Source of the DNA: Octopus sinensis
Lineage: Eukaryota
Assembly (NCBI RefSeq): GCF_006345805.1
Contig: NC_043006.1
Location: forward strand, 100,130,001 to 100,194,000
DNA: 64,000 nt
Direction of reading: 5' to 3'
In this document: one piece after another, positions 51,150-64,000 of the stretch
Layout: every line of letters starts with the position of its first letter
Position numbering within the stretch: position 1 is the first letter of the stretch
Made by a program: the position numbers and the translations under genes
The notes under the pieces: generated by a model
Seen by the model: only the letters and a program-made list of their open reading frames with translations
Told to the model about the DNA's origin: nothing
Database searches by the model: none

Positions 51150-51435
51150 GTATATATATGTGTGTATATATCTATATATATTTATATATATATATATACA
51201 CATATATATAAATATATATGTATATGTGTGTCTGTGTGTCTGAGTTTATACCCCCACCATCGCTTGACAAGCGATGCTGGTGCATTTCTCTCCCATAACT
51301 TAGTAGTTCGGCAAAGGAGTCCAATAGAATAAGTACCACGCTTACAAAGAATAAGTTCCGAGGTAGATTTAGTCGACTAAAGGCGGTGCTCCACATGTCC
51401 ACAGTCAAATGACTGAAACAAGTAAAAGAATAAAA
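50727..51435 (+). mobile_element. SINE family A with a PLE fragment nested in its (TA)n linker
   Basis: Head 50727-50890, insert 50907-51078 with CCGACGA-A-GAGC-TCC-GCTC-GAAACGTT, SINE body resumes about 51225. Confidence 0.8.
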
Positions 51436-51439
51436 TATA

Positions 51440-52424
51440 TGGGGTTGTCCGGAAAGTTCCTGCCGATTTATAATAGTAGCTTACATTTCAACTTATTTTA
51501 GAACACAGATTAAGCAATCTTTTCGTGAAAGAAGGTTTCTCTGCTTATAACCTGTGTTAATTCTGTAACTGATTAAAAAAGAAGATAAGAAAGTTCATTT
51601 TCGGCACTTTATGATAAGAAAGTTCATTTTCGGCACTTTATGCTTTTCTTTTTCCGTAAGGGGGCAAAATACCTCACAAGCAATCAAAGAAATATGCGCA
51701 GCTTACAGTGATGTTTCTTTATCCGAAAGAACTGCACAGAAGTGGTTCGCAACGTTCCAAGCTGGAGATTTTAGCCTTCTTGATTAGGAGTGATCAGGCA
51801 GACCATCCACTACAGATGATGACCAAATCAATTCATTAATTGTGAATAACCCATATTGCACAACCCGAGAATTCGCAGAAAGCCTCAATCTATAAAAATC
51901 CGTTGTTCATGAGCACCTGGTACACAAATCGCTACAATGTTTGGGTACCACATGAGTTGAATGAAAAAAACCTTTCGGGGGCATTTCCATCTGTGATTCG
52001 CTTTATAAACGGAATGAAAATGCGCCTTTTTTAAAGCAAATTGTGACAGGTGATGAGAAATGGATTATCTGCTGAAATGTTCAGAGAAAGCAATCCTGGA
52101 GTGAGTGACACGAGCCACCCTTAGCCACCCCAAAAGCGGGTCTTCACCGTAAAAAAGTCTTGCTTTGTGTCTGGTGGGATTGGAAAGGAATTTTTACTAT
52201 GAGCTTCCCCCAAGTAATCAGACAATTAATTCTGAGAAATACTGCACACAACTGGACGAGTTAAAAGCAGTAATTCAACAGAAACGTCAAGAATTGGCCA
52301 ACAGGAAGGGTGTGGTTTTCCAAAATGATAATGCAAGACCGCACGTTTCTTTTGGAACCAGACAAAAGTTGCTGCAGCTCGGCTGGGATGTGTTACCCCA
52401 CTCTCCGTTTTCACCAGATATTCA
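51440..52424 (+). mobile_element. Mariner (DD34D-type) transposon relic, 3'-truncated
   Basis: TIR-like GGGTTGTCCGGAAAGTTCC after TA; WVPHEL, IVTGDEKWI, LCVWWDWKG, FQNDNARPH, LPHSPFSPDI. Confidence 0.9.
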
Positions 52425-52914
52425 CGCTCATATATATATATACATATATACATATATACATATATACAGAGAGAGAGAGAGGGAGATGCAGGCAGGCACA
52501 GACAGAAGCAGAAAGTAATGTAAGGCAATCAAAACAGAAGTGTTCGCTGATATGATAAGTTACTAAATATTATACGAAGTTTTTCGATCTTGTTTTACGT
52601 TATTTTTGCTGTGTGACTACATAGCGGTAGAATCGGATGCACCAAGTCTTAGTCCTTCTTACAGTTATCCATACAGTATACTGGTATTAACAGTCCTAAT
52701 GTCAGCTAGTTCAAATTTAATTACCACACCCTATATCGCAAATATATCGCGCATATATCGCTCTCACTAATAATTACTTGTGTTTCCGCTGGTCAGATTA
52801 CGTAGTTGAAGAACAAAACCTCGTGAAACCTCTGCCACCACATATGCAAACCAATTCCTGAATATGCTTCACTTGCGTACTTAAAAGCATTCGACCTTTG
52901 CCTGGAATAACATA

Positions 52915-53210
52915 GTGGAGGCACATGTCCTAGTGGTTATAGCAGTGGATTCGCGGTCGAGGGATCGCGAGTTCGCATCTCAGGCTGGGCAATGCGTGTG
53001 TTTATGAGACAAACACCTGAGCTCAGCGCGGCTCTGACAGAGGGTAATGGCAAACCTCTGCTGGGTCTTTCGCCACAACTTTCTCTCTCTCTCTTGCTCA
53101 CCTGCGCCAGACGGGTGTTCCGTCCAGGTGGGGGACCTATATGACAAGGAAACCGTGAAACCGGTCATTATGAGCCAGACATGGCTCAGGAAGAAACAAA
53201 CAACAACTGA
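52915..53210 (+). mobile_element. SINE with a family-B-like head and different 3' body
   Basis: GTGGAGGCACATGTCCTAGTGGTTA...GAGTTCGCATCTC; shares CCACAACTTTCTCTC; ends (AAC)n. Confidence 0.65.
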
Positions 53211-54414
53211 ATAAACACTACAAATAATATTATGCAATGGTTTCATGAATAATAAAACATCACAGACTTGAAAGCACGTTTCTGGAATTTAGAAGGAACT
53301 AAATCATCATTTATCAATTTATCAATCATTTATTTATTCAAAAATGTAATTATATTTTTCATTATCCTTAATAATATGTTTATATCATTTAGTTTTGTTT
53401 TTTACCTAAATTGTATAATCGCCTGAGAAATGGTGAGTGCGTGTGTATACATTATTTGTACGAAAATTAACCAAGGAAGGAATAGATTCGTTTACCAGGA
53501 GTTAATGAAATATACACAACCGTCAGAAATTAATTAGCACCCTTGATTTGCTCTTCACTCAAGGTATGTGCTGTCACCTAGTGGCCATACCTCGAACTAT
53601 TGCTTTGTTGCGAGTTCACTGTTGCGCAGAACGATGACGTAACTTTGTTTGCAGAGCAGTTTGAGAGTCTACAGCCTTATGATGTTGACATAGCAGTGCA
53701 ACAACGACTTGGAGTGCGGATGCAGACAAATCTTCCTTTGTTTAATAGATATAGGTAGCGCCTCGCAAGGACCGAAATCACACCATACTAAGTTTTCTCA
53801 TCGCGTAAGACGTTTTGAACAGCTCATAGGTTAATTGATTTAACCTATATAATGTAGAAATTTGAGAAGTGCTAATTAATTTCTGACGCAAGTGTATATA
53901 ACTTTAGAACCTAGTTATAGAATGAATATCACTTGTATCACCAGAGTAGAATTATTTTATGTAAATTGAGATATCCCCAGGTATAGAAACGTGTCTGTCT
54001 AAACGAACAAATCCAATACGGTTACACTGTACCTATATTGTTCTTTTGTTTGGATACTCTAAACTCTGGATGAATAGATATACAGAAAATTTACCCAAGA
54101 GCATAACTGGAAAATGAGTGTTGGATTTACATGTAGAGATGCACATTCATGAGAGCTAAAATGTGAATATCTTTAGATTGATCATATATATATAGAAATG
54201 TGTGTAGATTAGGGCAAAATAAGAGAATGTGTATGTGCGAGTTAATCCTCTTAGCTTGCTGCTCTGAAGCTATTGAAATGGTCAATAAGATGTATATGTG
54301 TGAGTATACGTAAGTCATGGGTACGAATGTGTGCATGTATATATCTATAAACATGTGTGTTTGTGTTTTTATGTGTTTTTATGTGTGTGTACATAGACAT
54401 GCGTATCTATATTA

Positions 54415-54446
<32 letters not shown>

Positions 54447-55629
54447 ATGTGTCTGTGTGTGTATATGTGTGTGTGTGTGCATGTGTGTGTGTGTGTTGTG
54501 TGTGTATAAATAATGTAAATGAATATGTATGTAAAAAATTGCGGGCATCTCATAGTGACTTGCATGGCAACTGTGATGAGACTTAAAGGCAACCGAATTT
54601 AAGCTTATAATTAGATAACTCTAAGTGTACAGGCAGACACATTGGTATCCCCTTGTGGCAACACGTTTACTATGCGCAAATGATTTCGTTGCAAGTAAAA
54701 CGCTTATAAACACAAGACATAAGGAATTCTTCCGCTCTGTATACTTGCGACATCTTAATCCGATCATCTATCTTCATGAAAGTAGGGACATTTCTGTGTC
54801 CGAAGTTTATTTTACGTTTTATATATTTGAATCTTTATTTCCATTAAGTTATTTTGATCTGTTTAATATATATTTTATACTTTTTTATTTTTATTTTCGT
54901 AATTTTTTTTATCATTTGTATCTCTGTGTGTCCATGTTGCTCTTTGTCAATGGCATGCTAAAAATAGAATATGAGTATAAAAAACTACAGCTGGTTTAGT
55001 AGTACTATTGAAGTCACGCACCCGAAGACGTGCAGGTACAGAGTTATCTTTGAATCATTTTGATGCGATAGTGTGTTCAATACGCGAAGTATTCAGTAGT
55101 TACCAGCAGAAACAATTACAATGATTTGGATTAATGCCTGTACATCGCATCTTGTATTTCAACTGTTATGCATTCTACGGATATTAACGAATTTCCACAT
55201 GTATATCCGGTAAAAGAAGAATTCCTACTGTGTGATAGCATATGGTAGCCGATACGCGGAGAGAAGCTTTGGAAAACACACTATATGGTTTTACTCAGAT
55301 GGTGCCAAATTATATATATATTCATTTGTGCGTGTATGCGTGTGTGTGAGTGGTGTGTGTGTGAAGCCACTCGTTTTTTTTATTCTTTTCAAATTTATTG
55401 ATTCGTCACCACTTATAGAACGATATATTGAGAAAATATTTATCTGCGTAACTACTATATCAGATTATATCTATATTTGAATTTTAAATTGCAATTCTAA
55501 TGTTGATTTTCACGATTCTAACATTCTCACTAAGTTAAATTAAGTAATCATTTAACAGTGTTTGTGGTTTTGATATTTCTGCAGTTGTCTTGATTTATTA
55601 CGTGCAGTACTACAGTGTGTATAAATACC

Positions 55630-55997
55630 AACAGCATTTACGTTTCTTTTGTATCTACGATGCCACACAGTGAAAAGGAATCAACAATGGTTGACTGAAA
55701 ATGGGATCAAAAAATCTCCTGACATAGACCCAACTGAAAATCTTTGGAGCATACTAGATTGAGCTATACGAAAAAACTCGAGGAATAGTTATGATTGATA
55801 CGTGAAAAGTGGGCAGAAATTCCTCAAGAGACAATCACAAAGTTCATCAGTTCAATGCAAAAAAGAGTTTCTGTATTGAAAACTGCAAAGGGAAAGTCAA
55901 CTAAATACTATTATATGTAATCCTACCATTTGTTCGCTTTGCATGTTAAATAAAAGATTTTGAAAATTAAAGGTGTCTCTTTATTTCCTGCATGTCT
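55630..55997 (+). mobile_element. Tc1-like 3' end
   Basis: WLTENGIKK...SPDIDPTENLWSIL; terminal ...CCTGCATGTCTG followed by TA. Confidence 0.6.
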
Positions 55998-56072
55998 GTA
56001 TATATATATATATATATTCGGAATGAGATAAAATAACAAGGCTGTGAAGATTTTGGAACATTTATAAATAGG

Positions 56073-56118
56073 TCTTATAGCTGTTTCCAGGATATTTATT
56101 ATATTCCTTCATCGGAGA
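56073..56118 (-). ncRNA. Degenerate minimal HHR (PLE type)
   Basis: TCT-CCGATGA-A-GGAATAT...ATATC-CTG-GAAA-CAGCTA-TA-AGA. Confidence 0.4.
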
Positions 56119-57152
56119 CAGTGTGAGAAAATGGCTAAGCAATAGTAAATGTAGATAAGATACGAAATAGAGATTGAAGTGGAGGAATGAAAATAGATGT
56201 GAAATATGAAGTGATATTGCATTTGTAGATCCATTATTTAGGTAGAATGGTATACATATAAGATTCCAATACCTTGTGAGTAAATTCTAATAATGTTTAA
56301 AATTAGTCATTGTAAATTGCAATAGAATTTAAAGTTAGTCATTCGAAGTATAGAGTTTGAATCGAGGGTTTTATTTAAAGTGACCTAAAAGTAGGGAATG
56401 TATTTGTAAGGTGAAATTGAAAACATTAATTTTTTTTATCTCATTCTGAAAAAAAGTTTTCTATATATACACATGCTGATATACGACCTACGTTAGACTC
56501 CTTATTCGCATAATCACAGAACCTGGATCTTAACTATGAACTATCCATAGCACTTGCTCAGCATTACCTGTCACCTTTCGGTCTTATTGACACTATTACC
56601 TCTCATAACCTATATATATATCTACATGCATACATATGCATACATATAAATGTGTCTGTGTGTGTTTGCGTGTATGTGTATTTGTGAATGCATCTTCGTG
56701 CCTCAATTTGTTCCTACCGAAACAAGATGACAGTATTGGTATGTTTACGATCACATGACAAACCGCTTCGGTCAAAGAAACCGATAGAATAAATGCCAAA
56801 CTCAAAAATACAAAACAAAAAAATCATTATTTCTGAATAGATTCATTCCACAAATTTCCTTCAGAGCAGTGGCCTAGCATGGCTGCAATGGAATGGATGA
56901 TACAAGTAAGAAATGCAAGATAAAACAAATTTATGGATGCAGGGAGTGAAAGAAAAGGGCTAAATGTTGTTTCGCACGAATTTTTCTCTGAAACTGTGAA
57001 CTGATTCCAGTATATCCGATATTTTTATATTTTGGGAAATTCGAAATATAAAGACACATAAATTTACTCACCTGTTGCTACTTTTGATTTTAGATATATT
57101 GTTGACGTTTCCTGGAAAAGTTTAGTGGCAACAACTATAAAAGGCAAACTAA

Positions 57153-57183
<31 letters not shown>

Positions 57184-57187
57184 ATTA

Positions 57188-57258
<71 letters not shown>

Positions 57259-57263
<5 letters not shown>

Positions 57264-57655
57264 TAAACTTTAGGGTAGCAAGAAATTCTAGAAAAATTCT
57301 CCGCTACCAGCGGTCAAGTGAGAAAGAAAAAATAGTCAATAGACTATATAATATACATTCAAACATATAAGGGATGGCTATAATAGAACATCCGACTCAC
57401 TAGAAAGAGCAGCTAAACTCCAAACCACTAATAGTTGTAATTCTGAAATGGAAAGAGAAATAAAAACGTTTACCCTTTCCTTTCTGGACTATGCATAGTT
57501 TCGGCAATCTTATGTAAATAAATAAAATAAAATTAAATTTATTTACCACTGTAATTACCAGAATTACAACTATTAGTGGTTTGGAGCTTTGCTGCTCTTT
57601 CTAGTGAGTCGGATGTTCTATTATAGCCATCCCTTATATGTTTGTATATATTATA
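57259..57655. repeat. PLE-type foldback in (TA)n, about 98-bp arms
   Basis: Arms 57347-57445 and 57559-57655; head TAGGGTAGCAA...GCTACCAGCGG related to 31158. Confidence 0.8.
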
Positions 57656-57675
57656 TATATATATTATATATATAT

Positions 57676-57711
<36 letters not shown>

Positions 57712-57965
57712 AACTAAACTCCCACCTGTGTATCAGCTCACCAGCTTCTAATAGAAATGTATAGTAATAGCATAACCAAGATATCAGTCAGCATATCTTA
57801 ATGATTCGAAAATATATACTCATTCAGAAAGCTGCAGGATTATTATATTGAAAAGTGTGAAGGAAAAGGAAAAATCCTAATTCAAGTACAAAGAACATGC
57901 CTGTTTTTATGCATCTCACTCGCCTCTTCTCTCATCTTCCTTCCTTTCTCACTCTCCCTCTCTCC

Positions 57966-58069
<104 letters not shown>

Positions 58070-58252
58070 ATCTGTGTGTGCGTGTATGTGTATATGTAAC
58101 ATACATACATACATATATATACAGACTGTATATGTGTATATAAAGGATGCACCGATAACAAGCTGGTGGAGAATCTGTCTGAGGCTAAACTAGTAACATT
58201 CAACAGCCACTTCGATGTGACAAGTTACTTTACTATATATATATGTATATAT

Positions 58253-58284
<32 letters not shown>

Positions 58285-58287
58285 ATA

Positions 58288-58324
<37 letters not shown>

Positions 58325-58329
<5 letters not shown>

Positions 58330-58460
58330 GGAGACAGGTGTAGGAATAAGAAGCAAGTGTATTAGTCTAACGCTCGGGAAGATTGAAAAAGTCTTTTACG
58401 TTTCGAGCCTACGCTCTTTGACAGTAAAGTGTAAGAGAAAAAAAAGCGGGGATAGAAAAT
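58325..58460 (-). mobile_element. PLE-derived repeat with degenerate HHR
   Basis: GTCTTTTACGTTTCGAGCCTACGCTCTTTGACAG, same family as 11185. Confidence 0.55.
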
Positions 58461-58734
58461 AAGTCTAGCGATTACTGGTTCAGCACTCACGTACATAAGC
58501 ATTGACACATGCACTGACGCACGCACGCACACGCAAACACAAACACACACACACCTATGAACCTATTTAAAAGATGTGCCTATCTTGGTTGGTGTACATT
58601 GACGATTTACTACGTTTCCACTGGAATCTTTTTACAAGTATTTTTACTGTAGTCCAGCGGACAAGTTGTTTCAATGCCAGTTTTGTCGAGACAAATTGTA
58701 TTACATTTGAGTGGTAGGTTGTTGAGATATTCTC

Positions 58735-58938
58735 TTTACTCTTTACTCTTTTACTTGTTTCAGTCATTTGACTGTGGCCATGCTGGAGCACCGCCTTTAG
58801 TCGAGCAAATCGACCCCGGGACTTATTCTTTGTAAGCCCAGTACTTATTCTATCGGTATCTTTTGCCGAACCGCTAAGTGACGGGGACGTAAACACATCA
58901 GCATCGGTTGTCAAGCAATGCTAGGGTGACAAACACAG

Positions 58939-58969
<31 letters not shown>

Positions 58970-59141
58970 CATATATACGACAGGCTTCTTTCAGTTTCCG
59001 TCTGCCAAATCCACTCAAAAGGCATTGGTCGGCCCGGGGCTATAGCAGAAGACACTTGCCCAAGATGCCACACAGTGAGACTGAACCCGGAACCATGTGG
59101 TTGGTTAGCAAGCTACTTACCACACAGCCACTCCTGTGCCT
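58735..59141 (-). mobile_element. SINE family A, full length
   Basis: Near-identical to the 737 and 17941 copies. Confidence 0.9.
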
Positions 59142-61319
59142 ATATTGTTAATATTTCTTTTGGTGCTCCTTGCTCTTTTTGATATTATAAAGAGAAAACC
59201 CACTGGTTTCACCTGCGGATGACAAAAGGATGATTACAGGCGTTCACATACTGCTTTTGATGCAAAGAGTGGGCTCACTGACCGGATGGATTATTTCTGA
59301 AAGAAAAAAGTTATCGGACAACACAGAGTTATAATCTCGGATCTTTTTATTCAGCGGTAACTTTTGTTGCTTTAGAATCTGTAACATTGTTGCTAAACAT
59401 AATCTACATAATTTAATTTATGGAACTAACATGAAGCAGAATACAAAGACTTGTGAAGTTAACATTTTGGTCTTTGCCACCTTGTTGTTTAATCTAAAAT
59501 TTGTTAAATTCAAAAGGTTTTATACTGCAGTGATTTACATTACTGCTCGGGAATATATTTTGTTTACTGGACAAAGTAACAGAGCAACTAATTCGTACTC
59601 TATATTCTTTGACGTTTTCGCCTACTATATTCCAAATTAATTTTTGACTTGCTTACAGGAAATTATAAAACACTATAATTATTTCTTGGCTAGTATAAAG
59701 CACATCAATTCTCTATAACATATAATTTGATTAATTGTTGTTGTGAAAGATAAAAGGTTAAGCAGTCGAAATTGTTTCTAAGACATACATCTACAAACGA
59801 TCTATGTGATACAGAGACGATGAATATTTAGAATAATAAATATATTCAGAGGCAAAAAAAATTGATTTATAGTCTAATTAAGCTTGCAGACAAATTTACT
59901 AGTATGTGACCTAAACATATTCTAAAGAAGGAAATCAACCTGCGTTAAATTTGAATCACGAAACATTTATATATCCCTTTTGCAAATTACATATTGAATC
60001 ATTGCTATGTTACGACAAGGGTTTCGACCTGTAATGTCTAGTGCAGTTCTTAACCGATGTAAACTTTAAACTAGCCCAACACACAATCCAAAATCTGTCT
60101 TAATCATTTTAAAGATTATTGAACTACAACGTTGATTAGCACTAAAGTCGATTTGGGTGACAGGTGGCCAATAACTTTCAAATATTATAATGGATATATC
60201 AAGTGTTCAGAACTTTTCTCTCGACTACTTTTGATCGAAATATGCTATAAGCTTCAAGAAAATTGGCTTGACATCACTATAGATAATGCTGAATTGTTTA
60301 TCAAGTAGACGGTTTAATACCGTTGCATGTAGCACTTTCAAGATCTCTGGTATTTATATATGTAGTCATCAATATTAATCAATTTTTGAAGATCACATGA
60401 CTTTATCGATGTTTATATTCTTTATAATTTTGAAGAACTGCAATAGTCGAGGAGATAAGATGGTGCCATTAAATTCAATATATTTCCATCTAACATCCGT
60501 GTTATTAATGTCAATGGATAAACCACTTGTAAATCACACCTGTGGATTTAAATTTACTTCTGGTTTAAATGAAAATAAAACTTGCTGGTTTTACTTCGAC
60601 ATATAAAAAAAAATAGATGTAATAAATGCAATTAAATTCCTTGCAGCCCATTAACTTGAGATACGCGTTTCAATCTGCTTTTCCGCAAACCTACGTTATT
60701 CGTAATCTTTCAGATTTTCCGTTTGAAATTGGAAGAGAAAATGTCTCTGTTAATCTTGTTAACAATTCTTTTTATTAACTTTTCAATTTCTATCACAATA
60801 ATAATACTATCACGACATTTAGTCTCGTAAATGAACGGGATCTGTTCCTGGGTGTGTGTATGTGTATGTGTGTGTGTGTGGGGGGGAGGTTCTCAGATTT
60901 AAAATGCGACATTCTTTCCGTTATCCACATTCCAAAGATGGTGCTTAATATCTTTGTAACAAACCAGCTTCTCCAGAGGAAGAATTTAAATGACTAAAAA
61001 CAGAAGAAACATACATACACACACAGACACAGATACACACACACACACACACACACACTAAATACACATTGATAAACCCAGTGGCTACTACTAGCTCCAG
61101 GCCACGATAGACAAGGCGGATACTCTTGAAGACAAGAATCTGAACTTACGGAGACAATATTTACATATCGCCTGAGGAATCATAATTAGGTCTCATAATT
61201 CAGGGAAACGGTTGTATAATCAAGTACTTGCACGCTGGAGAACTGCGTTGCGTAGAGACAATTGTAGTGATTGAAAATAAATGTCCAACCGTACTCCTTG
61301 TTGATTCAATTTTTAAAAA

Positions 61320-61355
<36 letters not shown>

Positions 61356-62626
61356 CTGTATATATACATACAACTATATATGTATGTGTATATATGTACA
61401 TATATATATATATGTATATATATGTATATATATATATATATATATATCAGTAGCAAATTGTTGTTGTTGATGCTGTAGCGCCAGTGAAAGTTGCCTTGCA
61501 ACAGTAGGGCTGGGTGGAAGCAGGTCACATAGTGGTGCCAAACAAGGTGCTTCCAAAGTAGTAGCAGTAGCAGGCAGTAGCAGGTCACATAGCGATATCA
61601 ATGAGGATGTTGAAGTGACCCCTGAATTTTTGGAGTTGAGTCAGTTGGTGCAATATTTCCATTGACAAGTATGACATCTAGTGTTGTCATGTGCATGTGT
61701 AAAGAATGAAATGATCTTGTGATTTCTATTATTTTGTTTTCGATCTGTTTTACAGATCTGTAAAAAGATTCTGACGCTAATTTTTCAGCGATTTTACCGT
61801 AGACATTAGCTTTTACACAATCGTTGTGGTGAGTGTACCAAACGTTTATCAGTGCATTGATTCGTTTCTACCCAGTGGCGTTTTAGAATATTATTGACCA
61901 TTTTCAGTGGGACAATATTATACACTGTACGTCAGTTATTAATGACTTGATATATAAAAGTTTTGTGTCGATATATTCCGAAGTGCGTGGCTATAGCTGG
62001 GTGGGTGTTAGAGAGTTCAGTGTATTTAGTACAAATCAGAAGGAGCGGTGTGCTCCTCAAGTGAAAAGAATGGTACTCACGGGACTAGTTTTAGAACTAA
62101 TCTTGTGTTTAGTTTTGGTTTATATTTGTTCCTCCAGGTTGTATACAAATTTGTGTAAATTTATCCTCCGGTGATAAAAATAGTAGAATGGTAGAATTCA
62201 AGAGATTTGGGACTAAAAACAAAGTTATTGCTGGTTTGAGTTGAAATATGTTTCTTTCGCTACTGACTGGCCGGGGCTATATGCATTTGTTATAATCACT
62301 ATTTCTGTTCAGGGATAAAAATTGCATATTCTTGTTCTCATTGATATTGAAATTATATTGCAAAATTGCAGTTAATCAAATCAGTCGGTTACTGAACTGG
62401 TAGCTGAAATATTGTTTTTTTATTCGGAATTATTGTCACTCAGCAGCTTTTATATTTATGTTATTAACCAATGAACGGTCCCACCTAGTAAGATGAACTA
62501 AGTTAAAAATGCATAATATAAACTCACTAGTGGAAGCAATGCTAATGATATACACTAAACACGTTATGCTACTCTGCAATGTCGAAATCAACTCCTCTTG
62601 CAGGGAAATTACAAACCATTGATCTA

Positions 62627-62779
62627 CATCATCATCATCATTGTTCGACCATGGTCGAGACAATGGAATTTACCATGCTACGCCAGACTTCATGGTCCAT
62701 CATAGCATTACGGAGGTCCTGTTGCTGGATGCCTGTATCCCTGGAGATTGCATCAGGGTAGGAGAGAGCGGGTGGGAGA
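62627..62779 (-). mobile_element. LINE 3' terminus (probably RTE-like) with (TGA)n tail
   Basis: PALSYPDAISRDTGIQQQDLRNAMMDHEVWRSMVNSIVSTMVEQ* followed at once by TGATGATGATGATG; the D-x-x-x-W-R C-terminal pattern is typical of APE-type LINEs. Confidence 0.7.
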
Positions 62780-62932
62780 TGGGCTGAATCCTGGAAGCAC
62801 TGCAATACCAGGCGAACCCGTAGCAAAGGCGGAGCAAGCCCCTAACACTTCGCCTCGTTCTAAAAATCAGTTTAATATCGATGGCCCCAAATAGGGACCG
62901 TATCAGATATTAAGCTGATAAGAACAGGCGAT
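62780..62932 (-). pseudogene. U2: U2 snRNA copy lacking about nt 6-39
   Basis: Minus strand ATCGC|CTGTTCTTATCAGCTTAATATCTGATACG, Sm-like GATTTTTAG, stem-loop IV CCTGGTATTGCAGTGCTTCCAGG, GCCCA end. Confidence 0.92.
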
Positions 62933-63949
62933 ATGAGTAATATTGAAATGTTGATTTGTCTTTCATTTACAGCAACAGAAACCAGAATTAAGAATTAGAC
63001 ATCTACTCATTTTGTCCTGGAGAATCGCAGAAGGTACATCGTTTTGAATCTGTTTGAATATACGAAGTTATAAGGTGTATGTTATTGCACAGTATCTTTT
63101 TTCTTATCTTTCGACGCATTGTTCCTAATACAAAGCATATTGAACTTATAAAACAAAGAACGATGAATATACAATATCAAGTTGGAAAACCCATTGTAAA
63201 ACTAAAGGAAAAAACAAGAAGAACCTTATTTGATGCGATATTGTATTTCATATATACAACAGATTGTAAAATTATTATAATTTTCAACTAGACTGTTACC
63301 AACGTCTTATATGAATCAGATAACAGCATTTCAAATACTTATTATATCACCATCTGTCATCCATAAGCTAATATACAAGAAACGGAACACCTTGGATTAC
63401 ACCCTTAATTGGTCTTTTCCATTCAATACAGTGTAATGCCTTGCCTTTGTAGAATGAAAAGGGAATTAACAAAGCCAATCCCTAGTGAATACTAAAGTGC
63501 TATGAAAGAAGAAGTAATGCAATGTTTAAATAATTTATTGAGAGGCAATTACCAAAGCGCAGTATATTGTCGACGTTAAAGTTGCTAAATTTGAATGTGG
63601 TGGTTCCAGCATGGTGTGTCCTCAGATAATTTAGCTAACTCTCTGAGTAATTAAGCACACGGCACCTGAAACATTGTGTAATAACATTGTAAATGAATAT
63701 TTAAGCAGTCATTAATAGAAATATCTTATCTTCGGCAATTCATATGCAAATTTATAAGTTTAATATGCTGTCCAATCTAAATTAACAAATCGTTGAGAAT
63801 CTGCACACATATACTTATATATCATTATCAGGCTTAATATGCTTTTGTGCGAAACAAGAACGGGTCAGAGAAAAAGCTAGTCGTTACATGCTTCCGATGT
63901 TAAAATACGCTATTATCTAATTATCTATCTATCTATCTATGTATATATA

Positions 63950-64000
<51 letters not shown>

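Noticed and set aside
53514-55997. Single Tc1 element bounded by TIR-like ends at 53514 and 55997
   Set aside because: The two ends match only loosely and no transposase 5' half is visible between them
62780-62932. Functional U2 snRNA gene
   Set aside because: Branch-point recognition and U6-pairing regions are missing, the Sm site is altered, and a LINE tail sits where the 3' box should be
62600-62960. Target-site duplication around the U2/LINE unit
   Set aside because: No convincing direct repeat between the 62605-62626 and 62933-62955 flanks by eye, so the single-event origin is not proven

Overview
AT-rich, non-genic eukaryotic DNA saturated with (TA)n, (CA)n, (TATG)n, (TAGA)n and (TAA)n microsatellites and with retroelements. 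The SINE families look like those of octopus/cephalopod genomes (inference from recognition, no search run). I found no convincing host protein-coding exon, and most ORFs in the track are microsatellite translations. Supported content: about 15 tRNA-type SINE copies in three families; CR1, R4/Dong and RTE LINE fragments; Penelope-like elements (PLEs) with hammerhead ribozyme (HHR) motifs and many PLE-type foldbacks; Tc1/mariner relics; Helitron-like non-autonomous elements. Main observations: (1) a U2 snRNA copy lacking about nt 6-39 (including the branch-point recognition sequence) fused directly to a LINE 3' end with a (TGA)n tail at 62627-62932, either a U2/LINE chimera or a possible U2-headed SINE; (2) a 2.16-kb TSD-flanked gag/ORF1-only retroelement with no RT, inserted in a SINE at 1161-3318; (3) two bipartite non-autonomous elements sharing a 5' module but ending in tails from different LINE clades (R4/Dong at 36846-37292, RTE at 44063-44626); (4) HHRs with intact cores, plus hairpins that turn around at an HHR core. 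Coordinates were read by eye and may be off by a few bases. Single-base homopolymer differences between repeat arms suggest some frameshifts may be sequencing errors.
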